Notes: generated by a model not told the origin, from the sequence alone. 64,000 nucleotides of DNA from Ignavibacteria bacterium (GCA_037440445.1 JBBIUA010000010.1:13734-77733); one strand, 5' to 3'. Positions 28,029 through 37,658 are shown, numbered from the stretch's first letter. Program-made: numbers and translations.

Positions 28029-30192
28029 AAATCTTTAATGGTTGCGATTCAAGTAGAATTTGCCACTTTACTTCTGTTGAGAAACTACGATAAATTACTT
28101 TCTTGTTAGGTATCTTCAACCCATATTGAGGAGAATAATAACTATCCTCAATTTCTATGTTGGAATCCGGAAAGATAATACAAATTTCAACATTATTATT
28201 TCTTAAATAAACAAAGTTACTGTGTATCGAAGCCTCGACACTTGGATAAAGGTTTATGGTTATTAGCTTTTCGCCATATAATTCTAACTGTTCGACAAAT
28301 TCTAATCGATTTAATTCAAAAAGTATTTGGCGGCGACAAGGTTTACCATATGCAAAATGTTCCGCAATTATTTTCTTTTCATCAAGCAAAACTAATCGTG
28401 ATTGTGTCCTATGTTTGTAAATCCAAAACAAATCATCGGCATTTGTTGTCTTCCATAAATTTTGTTCAGTTTTGTTCCAGACAATTGTACTATGCATCAG
28501 AACAGAACGAAACTTGTTTCTTTCTTCTATTGAACAAGTATAGCAAAATGTTCCTGAATCAACAACAAAATCTTTACCAAAAACAAACAAGGTAAAAGAA
28601 AGCTGGTCGTTATGGGAATGTCCACCCTTCCCGTTCTGCCCTATATCGCCACACCGAAATGTAAAATAGTAGTAGGAAGATTTAGCAATGCATAATCCAA
28701 AATTCTGATAATAAAGTATTTTTGGTAAAACATAAATTTTTTCTTTTGGTAAACTTAATCTGGTATAATTTGTTTTTGCAAAAAAGATTCTTGACTTTCC
28801 TGATTCGAAATCATTTCCAGAAACTAAATTTACTAAGTGAAAAAAATGTTGCCTTTTCAATACATTATCGTAACATTCATTGTAATGCTCAAAAGAATCG
28901 AAGAAGAAATTCAAACGAAGGAAATAACCACTGTCGGTATCTCCTATTTGTTCAATTTCTTCATTTGGTTTTCTTAGTGCATATGAAAACTCGACTATTT
29001 TCCTGACAAGATTTTGGAATTCATCAGGAAAAATAATTTGTAAATTTTCTTTGTCTATTTGAAATTTTTGTGAATTCGATTTTCTAAGTTTTCTTGAAAA
29101 ATTCCATCCATTTACTTCATAGTCCAATAAAGATTCAACTTTTTTCTTATTCAAACTTAAAAGTAACAACAAAGAAAAGAACAACATTTCAGCAGTTTGA
29201 AAATGATAATAAGTTGAGCATTCGAAATTTCCACCATCGGGAAAAAATTGATATAAAGTTTCTTGGACTAATTCTTGCAAAGAAAAAGCAAGAATTTGCG
29301 ATGTAAAATTGGATTGGGGTAAATAAGCACCAGAAAAAACCAAAGCAGAAATATTCGCAAAATAATGATTTCCCCGAAGACCTTCGGACCATTCAAGATT
29401 GTTCAAAAGAAAAAGAATGTGCCTGTAAATGCTTTCGAGAAAGAGAGTTTTAAAAATTGAGTCAAATACAATATTACAACTACAAAACAAATCATAAGAT
29501 ACCAGCCAGTTAACCAGCCTAATACCAACATCCATTGACGAACGCCATTGAACTGTGTAACCAACGGGGTTTGTTGCAATAAAATTTAAAATTTGATTTT
29601 CAAATTCATTCAAACAACTAATAGCAAATTCAGGTTCAGTTTCTTGAAAAAGTCTAAAGGCATAAACTAAAATTGGCAAATACTGCATCCTACCCAATTC
29701 CCAAGGGTATTTGATATCGTTACCAATTGCTATTCTAATTTCTTTATAAAATTTGGGGAACCAAGTAAAGGAAGTTACTGGATTCGACCAAAAATCTATT
29801 ATTTTATAATTCTGTTGCTCTAAATCTTCAAGAATAATTTTTGCAAAAGGTTGCCAAAAATCGGGAAGTCTATCAATTATTACCTTTGGCGAAAATTTTG
29901 AATTCCAAGAAACCCAGCCAGTTCCAAGTAAATTAAAATTATGTTCAATTATCTGCTTTGCGATTCTCCGAATTTTATCTTTGTTTTCTTCCAAAAAACT
30001 AGTATCTTGAATAGCAAAATATCCTGTTTCTATATCTGTAAACCATTCGGGAATTTTCGAAAAGATTATCTCCCCAAGTATTTTTTCACGTTTTTTATTG
30101 TTTCGTTTATATAGAATCCTACTTGCAATTTTTTGAATTGCAATGCGTAATGGTAACCGTCTTAATTTCCAAATTTCACCAAAATCGAACAT
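28027..30192 (-). CDS. Heparinase II/III-like protein
   Basis: DIKYPWELGR, GNHYFAN, DGGNFECSTYYH, IGDTDSG, GHSHNDQLSF, VDSGTFCY. Confidence 0.85.
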   Translation of the reverse strand: MFDFGEIWKLRRLPLRIAIQKIASRILYKRNNKKREKILGEIIFSKIPEWFTDIETGYFAIQDTSFLEENKDKIRRIAKQIIEHNFNLLGTGWVSWNSKFSPKVIIDRLPDFWQPFAKIILEDLEQQNYKIIDFWSNPVTSFTWFPKFYKEIRIAIGNDIKYPWELGRMQYLPILVYAFRLFQETEPEFAISCLNEFENQILNFIATNPVGYTVQWRSSMDVGIRLVNWLVSYDLFCSCNIVFDSIFKTLFLESIYRHILFLLNNLEWSEGLRGNHYFANISALVFSGAYLPQSNFTSQILAFSLQELVQETLYQFFPDGGNFECSTYYHFQTAEMLFFSLLLLLSLNKKKVESLLDYEVNGWNFSRKLRKSNSQKFQIDKENLQIIFPDEFQNLVRKIVEFSYALRKPNEEIEQIGDTDSGYFLRLNFFFDSFEHYNECYDNVLKRQHFFHLVNLVSGNDFESGKSRIFFAKTNYTRLSLPKEKIYVLPKILYYQNFGLCIAKSSYYYFTFRCGDIGQNGKGGHSHNDQLSFTLFVFGKDFVVDSGTFCYTCSIEERNKFRSVLMHSTIVWNKTEQNLWKTTNADDLFWIYKHRTQSRLVLLDEKKIIAEHFAYGKPCRRQILFELNRLEFVEQLELYGEKLITINLYPSVEASIHSNFVYLRNNNVEICIIFPDSNIEIEDSYYSPQYGLKIPNKKVIYRSFSTEVKWQILLESQPLKI

Positions 30193-31446
30193 CTATCGAT
30201 AAAGCAAGTACTTTGAACGAATTTTAAGGAAATCATTTAAACCCCTGTTCAAGTATGATTTGAATGAGTCTTCATCATTCTGAAGAAGGTAATCAAATAA
30301 CTTATCAGTACCAGTAACTTTTTTAAACATATTCACAGCAGAAGACTTTAAATTTTTTTCCTGAAATAACTCTGGAAAATTTTTCTTCAATTCAAAAAGT
30401 AATATCATACCATAAGAGTATAGTTTTATATCTTTATTTTTATCGAACATAACCAAAAACCCTTTATCGGTATGTTTCAAATTGTGGAAATTCGATTTGT
30501 TATCAATTTTACGAAATTCTACTCCATCGAATTTTAAATTCAATAGCACTTTTTTAATTTTATTAAAATTTACTTTTGGGATAGAAATATACTGAAAAGG
30601 CATATTACTCCCAATGCCAAGATAAATAAGTTTCAATTCCCCAATGACTCCAAACATTGCCAGGCCACGAATTGAGTTTGGCGAAGTAACATTAGGAGAT
30701 GTTGCAACCCATTCCAATCCAGTATCTTCCCAGTTCATATTTCGCTTCCAATTTTCCATTCTCACGACTGTAAGTTTGCATTTTTTAGGGGTACTATTCA
30801 TCCCCAACCAACCCTCTTCGTTCATCATTATTGCAAGTTCGCCAATAGTACACCCGTGAATATAAGGAATGGGAACTATTCCTACAAACGAGGTTTTATC
30901 TAACTCCAATACATTTCCATCGACTAAATTTCCCCCCAAAGGGTTAGGTCTATCCAGAATCACTACTGGAAGTCCGGCTTCGGAAGCTGCTAACATTACA
31001 TAGAATAAAGTGCTAATAAATGTATATGAGCGAATCCCTATATCTTGCAAATCGACAACAATAATATCAATTAAAGACAATCGATAAGGAGTAGGTTTTC
31101 GATTGTTCCCATAAAGCGAGAAAACAGGAACGCCATATAAACTATCGTCGGGTACATATTTCCCTGCCGGAATAGTTGCATAAAACCCATGTTCAGGTGT
31201 GAAAATTGCTTTTAATGTAAAATTTGGATTGTTAATAAAATATTCAACTGTCAATTTTTGCTCGGAACTTCTACTTGCAGAGTTTGTTAAAAGCCCAATT
31301 CTTTTACCTAAAAGAATATCATAATTATTTTGTATTAGAACATCAATTCCAAGAAGAAGTTTACCATTTTTCGAAGAATTAGCTAAAGCGAAAAATATTG
31401 AGAAAAAACAACAACAAATAATTATAAAAAACTTTCGAAAATGCAT
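30193..31446 (-). CDS. namZ: Exo-beta-N-acetylmuramidase NamZ/DUF1343 family
   Basis: GLLTN, FTPEHG, SLYG, DLQDIGIRSYTF, LDRPNPLGG, HGCTIGELA, TSPN; start adjusted to ATG 31446. Confidence 0.88.
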   Translation of the reverse strand: MHFRKFFIIICCCFFSIFFALANSSKNGKLLLGIDVLIQNNYDILLGKRIGLLTNSASRSSEQKLTVEYFINNPNFTLKAIFTPEHGFYATIPAGKYVPDDSLYGVPVFSLYGNNRKPTPYRLSLIDIIVVDLQDIGIRSYTFISTLFYVMLAASEAGLPVVILDRPNPLGGNLVDGNVLELDKTSFVGIVPIPYIHGCTIGELAIMMNEEGWLGMNSTPKKCKLTVVRMENWKRNMNWEDTGLEWVATSPNVTSPNSIRGLAMFGVIGELKLIYLGIGSNMPFQYISIPKVNFNKIKKVLLNLKFDGVEFRKIDNKSNFHNLKHTDKGFLVMFDKNKDIKLYSYGMILLFELKKNFPELFQEKNLKSSAVNMFKKVTGTDKLFDYLLQNDEDSFKSYLNRGLNDFLKIRSKYLLYR

Positions 31447-31483
31447 TCGATTTTCAACATTTAAAAAATTCAAATTTAAGAAA

Positions 31484-32671
31484 CTAACGGGAATAGGGAG
31501 TTTGAAGGTACTTTCGGGCTTGTTCGTGGGAATCTCGAAAATTCTTCCAAGATAGAACTTTTTGATATTGCATTATTGCATATTTTCTTTTACCTTGAAG
31601 GTCGAAAATTTTGCCTATTTTCAAATTCAAATATATCATAAATGCCGAAGGTCCTTCCTTATCGAGTTTTCTGGACAATTCATCGCATTTATAAAAATAC
31701 GATAATGCTTCTTCGTACTGTTCTTTCTCCATCAGAGCACTACCAATATAATACAATGCCTCCCGAGCAGTTAGTAAATCATAACCAGGTTTCTTTTGGA
31801 TAAACCAATCCAAAATCTTTTTCCAATGTTCATACCATTCTTCAAGATAATACAAAGATACTAAACAACGTCCAAGATAACGCTGAAAAACAGGATTATT
31901 TGGATAACGGTCAACAAGGTCGCGAGCAATTTCAATCGCGGACAAAAAGTCTTTTTCGAAATCATAAAAGATTTGCAACAAAACAAACTTGGCTTCAGTC
32001 GAGGCATATCGGGCATACTTGCTCGAAGCCTGCAATTGCAAAATTCCAAGTTTTTTGTCACCTTTATGAACAAAAAGCATCAAAGGTTTAATTACTGGAT
32101 ATTGCTCCGGTAAAACCTTGGCAAAGTAATTATAAATCCCAGTTCCAAGCATAATGTCGTAATTATTTGGTGCAATTTCAAGACATTTTAATAGAATTTT
32201 GTAAGCAGCATAACCGTCGGTTGCTGCACGGAACCAATTCTCGCGAACTACAAAAAATCTTCCCCGATATCCCAAAGCCCCACCTTTAAAAAACAAGGCG
32301 CTTAGTTCAAATTCATTTGTATCAAGTATTTTATCGCAAAGGTCAATTACTTTTTGAATCTTGTCGAGAAACGATAAGTCATAATCGCGAGAATTACGAT
32401 AAACTGCAATTTTCCACCAATCCACCATTGCATTCAAAAAATAACCCGCAGGAAGCCCAGGATACCGATTAATAACCTCGCGAAAGCAATCCTCCGCTTT
32501 ATCGAACTCCAGGTTATAAATATAGTCGCTACCAAGCCTAACAAGGCTGTCGGCATCAGTCCTCATCGAAGGCCACTGGCTTTGGGATTTATAATGAAGG
32601 AATAGGAAAATAAATATTAATATGAGGAACCTCAGGTAATTATCTTTAAAGAACTTAAGCAATTTGGACAT
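31484..32671 (-). CDS. Exported TPR-repeat protein
   Basis: N-terminal signal/anchor; multiple TPR-like helices; LGTGIYNY motif. Confidence 0.75.
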   Translation of the reverse strand: MSKLLKFFKDNYLRFLILIFIFLFLHYKSQSQWPSMRTDADSLVRLGSDYIYNLEFDKAEDCFREVINRYPGLPAGYFLNAMVDWWKIAVYRNSRDYDLSFLDKIQKVIDLCDKILDTNEFELSALFFKGGALGYRGRFFVVRENWFRAATDGYAAYKILLKCLEIAPNNYDIMLGTGIYNYFAKVLPEQYPVIKPLMLFVHKGDKKLGILQLQASSKYARYASTEAKFVLLQIFYDFEKDFLSAIEIARDLVDRYPNNPVFQRYLGRCLVSLYYLEEWYEHWKKILDWFIQKKPGYDLLTAREALYYIGSALMEKEQYEEALSYFYKCDELSRKLDKEGPSAFMIYLNLKIGKIFDLQGKRKYAIMQYQKVLSWKNFRDSHEQARKYLQTPYSR

Positions 32672-33675
32672 TTTGCTCCATCCTTTTCAACTTTGTAATT
32701 GACCTTTGTAAAATATCTTTGACGTTCAACAACGAGAAAATTACAAATGGGACAGTAAGTATTTTCCACATCAGGAATGTCTGTATTTCCTATGTAAACA
32801 AAATTTAATCCATAAGATTTTGCAATTTCGCGAGCACGAATCAATGTGGAATATGGGGTGGGTGGTTTGTTTGTCATTTTGTAGTGTGGATAAAATCTGC
32901 TAAAGTGCAATGGAATATCTTTTGAAACTGAAGAAATAAATTTTGAAATTTGCTCAAAACATATATCAGTGTCATTTTCACCTGGAATAACTAAATTAAT
33001 GACCTCAATATGAATTCCCATTGAAAACACTCGCTCAATATTTTCAAGAACTGGTTTTAAATGTCCCCCAGTAATCTTTAAATATTTTTGATCGTCAAAA
33101 AATTTTAAATCAATATTTATTGCATCAAGAAGATTTTCCTCTTGAACAATTTTTAGCATTTCTGGTGTGAAGTATCCGTTAGAAACGAAAATATGGAATA
33201 AATTCTTTGTATTGTCATTACGCCGACAAATGTTTATGATATCCCTAGCATATTCAAAAAATATTGTCGGTTCGGAATATGTGTAGGATATCCCATCTAC
33301 TTTGTATCCTTCTGCGATTTTAACTATTTCAATAGGAGAAACTACTCTACTATTCAATAAATTTTCAGGTTTAAGTTTAATTGATTGCGAAAGGTAACTA
33401 TTTTGGCAGTTAGCACATTTAAAATTGCAACCAGGAGTTCCAAAAGAAAGTACCCTAGTTTTTGGTTTAAAATGAAAAAAAGGTTTTTTTTCTATTGGAT
33501 CAATCGCAACGCCGTCGACTTTGCCATAAGTATAGGAAAAAAGTTTACCTCCTTTATTGAAGCGAACCCTGCATATACCACCATATCCATCTTTAATTTT
33601 GCAATAATGACTGCAGAGATAGCATTTAACAGTATTATCATCTACTTTTTCATAAAGATTAGCTTCAACCATCAC
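32632..33675 (-). CDS. amrS: AmmeMemoRadiSam system radical SAM enzyme
   Basis: N-terminal CYLCSHYC..GICRVR, DPIEKKPFFHF, CxxxCxxC (GCNFKCANCQN), YTYSEP, HFSRFYP, VYIGN, C-terminal CPIC/CPNC. Confidence 0.93.
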   Translation of the reverse strand: MMVEANLYEKVDDNTVKCYLCSHYCKIKDGYGGICRVRFNKGGKLFSYTYGKVDGVAIDPIEKKPFFHFKPKTRVLSFGTPGCNFKCANCQNSYLSQSIKLKPENLLNSRVVSPIEIVKIAEGYKVDGISYTYSEPTIFFEYARDIINICRRNDNTKNLFHIFVSNGYFTPEMLKIVQEENLLDAINIDLKFFDDQKYLKITGGHLKPVLENIERVFSMGIHIEVINLVIPGENDTDICFEQISKFISSVSKDIPLHFSRFYPHYKMTNKPPTPYSTLIRAREIAKSYGLNFVYIGNTDIPDVENTYCPICNFLVVERQRYFTKVNYKVEKDGAKCPNCLSSLKIIT

Positions 33676-33681
33676 AAAATA

Positions 33682-34458
33682 CTACAATAAATCCAAAGTT
33701 TTCATATCAGATTCAAAGTTCGAAGGTTTAATCTTGATTAACCAACCCTCGCCATACGGGTCTTGCAAAGCAATATCTGGATTTTTTAAAACAGCGTTGT
33801 TAACTTCCACAACTGTTCCACTTAAAGGAGAAAGAATGGCTTGAGTTCTTAGATCGGAAGAGAAAATCTGAAAGTAAACACTTCCCTGTCTTACTTCGTC
33901 CCCAACCGAGGGTAAATAAATTGTTTGAATCTTACCGAAAGAAAACAAAAGGGCTCTTTCTACCCCAAGAACAACAAGACCCTCGTCGTTCATCATCATC
34001 CAAGAGTATTGCCCAACCCCTTTAATGTTGCTAATAATTTCATTCTGGAAAGGCACTTTAATGTTGTTTGGAACAAGAGACTGAACAAGAGCTGCCGCAC
34101 GCTCGATCACACGCCGAAGTTCCTCACGGGTAAAAGGTTTAGCAATATAATCGAATGCTCCTAATTGCATTGCTTGTAAAGCAGTATTTATCGTGGCATA
34201 GCCAGTAATCATAATAACCAAAATTTTTTTATCAAATTCTTTAACTTTTCGTAAAAACTCTAAACCATCCATTTCGGGCATCATTAGATCGGTTAAAATT
34301 ATTTGTGGATGAATATTTTTCATTGATTCCAAAGCCTCGACAGCGGAAAGAGCAGTGTGAATTTCGAGGTTTTCTTCTTTCTTAAGTAATCTTTTTATAC
34401 TATCCAGAACAATTTGCTCATCATCAACTACAATTATTTTAACTTTTTCATTTTTCAT
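33682..34458 (-). CDS. Response regulator: REC domain fused to a glycine cleavage H-protein-like domain
   Basis: REC: VVDDE, TDLMMP, ITGY, AKPF. GcvH-like: LPSVGDEVRQG, SPLSGTVVEVN, DPYGEGWLIKIKP. Confidence 0.88.
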   Translation of the reverse strand: MKNEKVKIIVVDDEQIVLDSIKRLLKKEENLEIHTALSAVEALESMKNIHPQIILTDLMMPEMDGLEFLRKVKEFDKKILVIMITGYATINTALQAMQLGAFDYIAKPFTREELRRVIERAAALVQSLVPNNIKVPFQNEIISNIKGVGQYSWMMMNDEGLVVLGVERALLFSFGKIQTIYLPSVGDEVRQGSVYFQIFSSDLRTQAILSPLSGTVVEVNNAVLKNPDIALQDPYGEGWLIKIKPSNFESDMKTLDLL

Positions 34459-34466
34459 TTATATGA

Positions 34467-36296
34467 TTAATTTTGTGAAACTTCTTGTTCGAAAAATGCA
34501 GGTAAAACTATTTTAAATACTGCCCCACCCGATGGAGCCGTATCAACTTCAATTGTTCCATGATGTCGTTCAACAATTCCCCACGATACTGCAAGCCCCA
34601 GACCGCTTGTACTTTTTGTAGAAAAAAACGGCTCGAAAATTTTGTCCATTAGATTTTCGGGGATTCCTGGTCCAGTATCTTCAACTGAAATAATACATTT
34701 CTTTTGTTGACGGTAATATTCACTCGATATAGTAATACTACCCTTGTGTTTCATAGCTTCTGCTGCGTTAATCAAAAAGTTTAAAATAACTTGTTGGATT
34801 TGCTTAGAATCGGCTTTAATTTTTGGTATCTTTTCATCTAAGTAAACCTTGAATTCAATATCTTTAAATTGTGGCAATCGATGAACCAAATCAAGAGCCT
34901 GCTTAATAATTACATTTGGGTCGACAGTTTCAAAGCGTGGGGTATATTGTTTTGCAAAATCAAGTAAATTGCGAACAATATCTCTGCATCGAAGTGTTTC
35001 CCTGATTATAACTTTTATATCCTCTTGAAGTGGGTCATCGTTTTCAAGTTCTTCTGAGATACTTTCAGCAAAGGACAAAATACCTGTCAAAGGATTATTA
35101 ATTTCGTGCGCAACTCCAGCAGCAAGTTTACCCAAGGCAGCAAGTTTCTCACTTTGAATCAACTTTTCCATTAGTTGGATTTCGTTGGTTGCATCCCTAC
35201 CAATCGTGCAAGTTCCTATAATCTTTCCACTATAATCTGTCAAAGGAAACCGAAGCATACGAAAATGATGTTCTTCACCATTAATATTAATGGATTCGTC
35301 GTACATACGAGGTTTCCCAGTACGCAAAACTTCGGAATCGTGTAATCTAACAGTCTTGGCAATATTCGAAGGAAGCACTTCCTCGGGAGTTTTCCCGATA
35401 AAATCCTCGGGTTTTAAATTGAAGGCTTTAGCAATTACAGGATTTACTAAAATATATTGACCATTTAAATTTTTCATACTTATCCAATCCTGGGCATTAT
35501 TAATAAAACTTTTCAACTTTTGCTCAAGACTTTCTACCTCTCTTTTCAAGTAAACTAATTCAGTAATTCTATGCCAATTCGAAAGAATGTATCGAACATT
35601 ACCTTTTGAATCAAAAATTGGGGCACGAGTGACTTCCCAATAGGTTTCGTTTGGTGGGGGGGTTGTATGAATCATAATATGTGGTTTTTTTGTTTCGCAG
35701 ATGTAACTAATAATTTCTAGTAATCCATTTTTGTCGCAATTTATTTCGGCAATTTCAAGAACTTGGTAACATTTTTGTCCAATTATTTTACTTTCTTCAG
35801 TTCCAATAAATTCGCAAAATGCTTTGTTTGCTCTAGTTATTGTTTGGTCTAAACTCATTACTACTGTTAAATCCTGAAAACTATCGAAAATGGATTTCAA
35901 GAAGAAATTATCATCTTCTACAATTCTTTCAAGAGTTTCAAGTGTATGGATCTTTTTGTCAAGTTCTTCGTAAGCAAACATTAAATCCCAGAAAATGTGG
36001 GCTATAGTATGCTCAATAAGTTTAATCTCTGGATTTAGTTCTTCTTTCAATTTCTTAACAAAGGCATCGTCTCCGGTAAGTTCAATTACAACTTCAATTC
36101 CCGGAAGTTCTAATGCTTTACGATAATCCTCGAATACCATTAAACCAAGTTCTTTTGCATAAAGGGCTCCTTCGGCATTTGGGTTAATATCGACTACGGC
36201 AATGACTTCTATGTTTAATTCTTTGATATGTCTCTCTTGAATGAGTTTTAGAATAGCATAACAGCCTTTTCCACCACCAATAATTATCGCTTTCAT
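34467..36296 (-). CDS. Cytoplasmic histidine kinase: Rossmann-like N-domain, two PAS domains, HisKA/HATPase (NtrB-like)
   Basis: IIIGGGKG..VVDINP; two PAS regions; AHEINNPL, NAAEA, DTGPGI, FEPFFSTK, GLGLA; no TM segment. Confidence 0.9.
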   Translation of the reverse strand: MKAIIIGGGKGCYAILKLIQERHIKELNIEVIAVVDINPNAEGALYAKELGLMVFEDYRKALELPGIEVVIELTGDDAFVKKLKEELNPEIKLIEHTIAHIFWDLMFAYEELDKKIHTLETLERIVEDDNFFLKSIFDSFQDLTVVMSLDQTITRANKAFCEFIGTEESKIIGQKCYQVLEIAEINCDKNGLLEIISYICETKKPHIMIHTTPPPNETYWEVTRAPIFDSKGNVRYILSNWHRITELVYLKREVESLEQKLKSFINNAQDWISMKNLNGQYILVNPVIAKAFNLKPEDFIGKTPEEVLPSNIAKTVRLHDSEVLRTGKPRMYDESININGEEHHFRMLRFPLTDYSGKIIGTCTIGRDATNEIQLMEKLIQSEKLAALGKLAAGVAHEINNPLTGILSFAESISEELENDDPLQEDIKVIIRETLRCRDIVRNLLDFAKQYTPRFETVDPNVIIKQALDLVHRLPQFKDIEFKVYLDEKIPKIKADSKQIQQVILNFLINAAEAMKHKGSITISSEYYRQQKKCIISVEDTGPGIPENLMDKIFEPFFSTKSTSGLGLAVSWGIVERHHGTIEVDTAPSGGAVFKIVLPAFFEQEVSQN

Positions 36297-37297
36297 TGTT
36301 TTGCCTTTTCCATTTCATTAACATTATTCAAAGGGAATTCTTTATCGAGCATCTCGGAATAATCTTCGATAAACTCATCCAGGCTTCCATAATATGAAAT
36401 TGGCTTTATCGTAAAATGAAGAAGTATTTTCGACAATTTTATTGGAATATAAGGATATAACTTTGCTAAATTCATAATTCGATAATTATAAAAAGCCGAA
36501 GCATCCTCTGGTGTTAAACTATTTTTTACTTCCGTTGGAAATTCATTTCCTTTGATAACTTGGTCGAATGTCTTTAGTCCTTTTGCTACTGCATACGAAA
36601 CAATGTTACCACAACTCCAGAGGTCAAAATCCGAGACATCCTGCATCAAATCAAAATCAATCCATCGATAATTTCCAGTTTCTGTCTCGACAATAATGTG
36701 GTCGTTGCGAATATCACCATGACAAAATTTATTTTTATGTAAAAACTGAATGGCTTTAAATGAATCGAGTAGTTTCCACAAAATCTTTGGCAAATCTTCA
36801 TAAAAATACTCATGATGAGTTTTCCTATCCAGCATCGGAATATATTGAAAAAAGGATTTACCTCGAATATAATCTATAATGCGTACGGCATTTCCCTTTT
36901 CATCGTAGCAAATAAAACCTTGCATAAATCGGTTATCGCCACGAACTAAATTTAAAACTTCACCTTCCTTTTGAGGGTTTCGATAGCAACGAATTCGCAA
37001 GAAACCAATATGAACATAGAATTCCTCGTGAAAAACCATTTTTAGTATTTTTTCGCTACCATCTTTCAAATCAACTGCACTAAAAACCCAATACTTAGGT
37101 TGGTCATCGATTCCAAATCTCGGCTCACGCATATTTCCACGAATAAGATAATCTCCACAATTCAACCGTATAATATCCCCTCGATTTATCCGCATCCAGT
37201 CTGTAGTATCGGTTACTATATTTATCTTATATGGGTTGACTTTCCACCCAAGATATTGCTGAATTTTTTCCGCCAAAATCTCTTTATTGTTTTCCAT
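36293..37297 (-). CDS. Protein-kinase-like (PKL) fold enzyme, atypical
   Basis: Beta-3 Lys (KILKMVF), catalytic loop HGDIRNDHII, metal-binding IDFD, DLWSCG. Confidence 0.75.
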   Translation of the reverse strand: MENNKEILAEKIQQYLGWKVNPYKINIVTDTTDWMRINRGDIIRLNCGDYLIRGNMREPRFGIDDQPKYWVFSAVDLKDGSEKILKMVFHEEFYVHIGFLRIRCYRNPQKEGEVLNLVRGDNRFMQGFICYDEKGNAVRIIDYIRGKSFFQYIPMLDRKTHHEYFYEDLPKILWKLLDSFKAIQFLHKNKFCHGDIRNDHIIVETETGNYRWIDFDLMQDVSDFDLWSCGNIVSYAVAKGLKTFDQVIKGNEFPTEVKNSLTPEDASAFYNYRIMNLAKLYPYIPIKLSKILLHFTIKPISYYGSLDEFIEDYSEMLDKEFPLNNVNEMEKAKQ

Positions 37298-37658
37298 AGT
37301 TTAATTCACTAAAAACCAACTCTTGTTTATACTTTGGTAATTTTTTAACTACTTCTACATACGATTTTCTTATTAATTCATAAACAAAATCATTTGGGAT
37401 ATTGTCAACAAGTTCAACTGTCAACCAGTACTTTTTGTTTAAATGATAACCTGGTTGAATAAAATAATATTCGTCTTTTAATCGAATGGCTTCTTCTTGG
37501 GTTGCCTTCAAACTGACTTTCAATGGAACCGAAACTAAATCTACTAATAAAAACATCTTGTCCATAACTTTAAAGACGAGTGTCTCTTCGTCGAATGGGA
37601 AATTTTCTTCAACAAAAGGCAAACTAAAACAAAACTCACGAATATCCAACACATTCAT
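37284..37658 (-). CDS. MmcQ/YjbR family protein
   Basis: FCFSLP..EE.FPF, VFKVMDKMF, PGYHLNKKYW, SYVEV. Confidence 0.9.
   Translation of the reverse strand: MNVLDIREFCFSLPFVEENFPFDEETLVFKVMDKMFLLVDLVSVPLKVSLKATQEEAIRLKDEYYFIQPGYHLNKKYWLTVELVDNIPNDFVYELIRKSYVEVVKKLPKYKQELVFSELNYGKQ

Noticed and set aside
33682-34458. Annotation as gcvH (functional glycine cleavage H protein)
   Set aside because: It is fused to a REC domain, lacks the lipoyl-Lys, and has no gcvT/gcvP neighbours.
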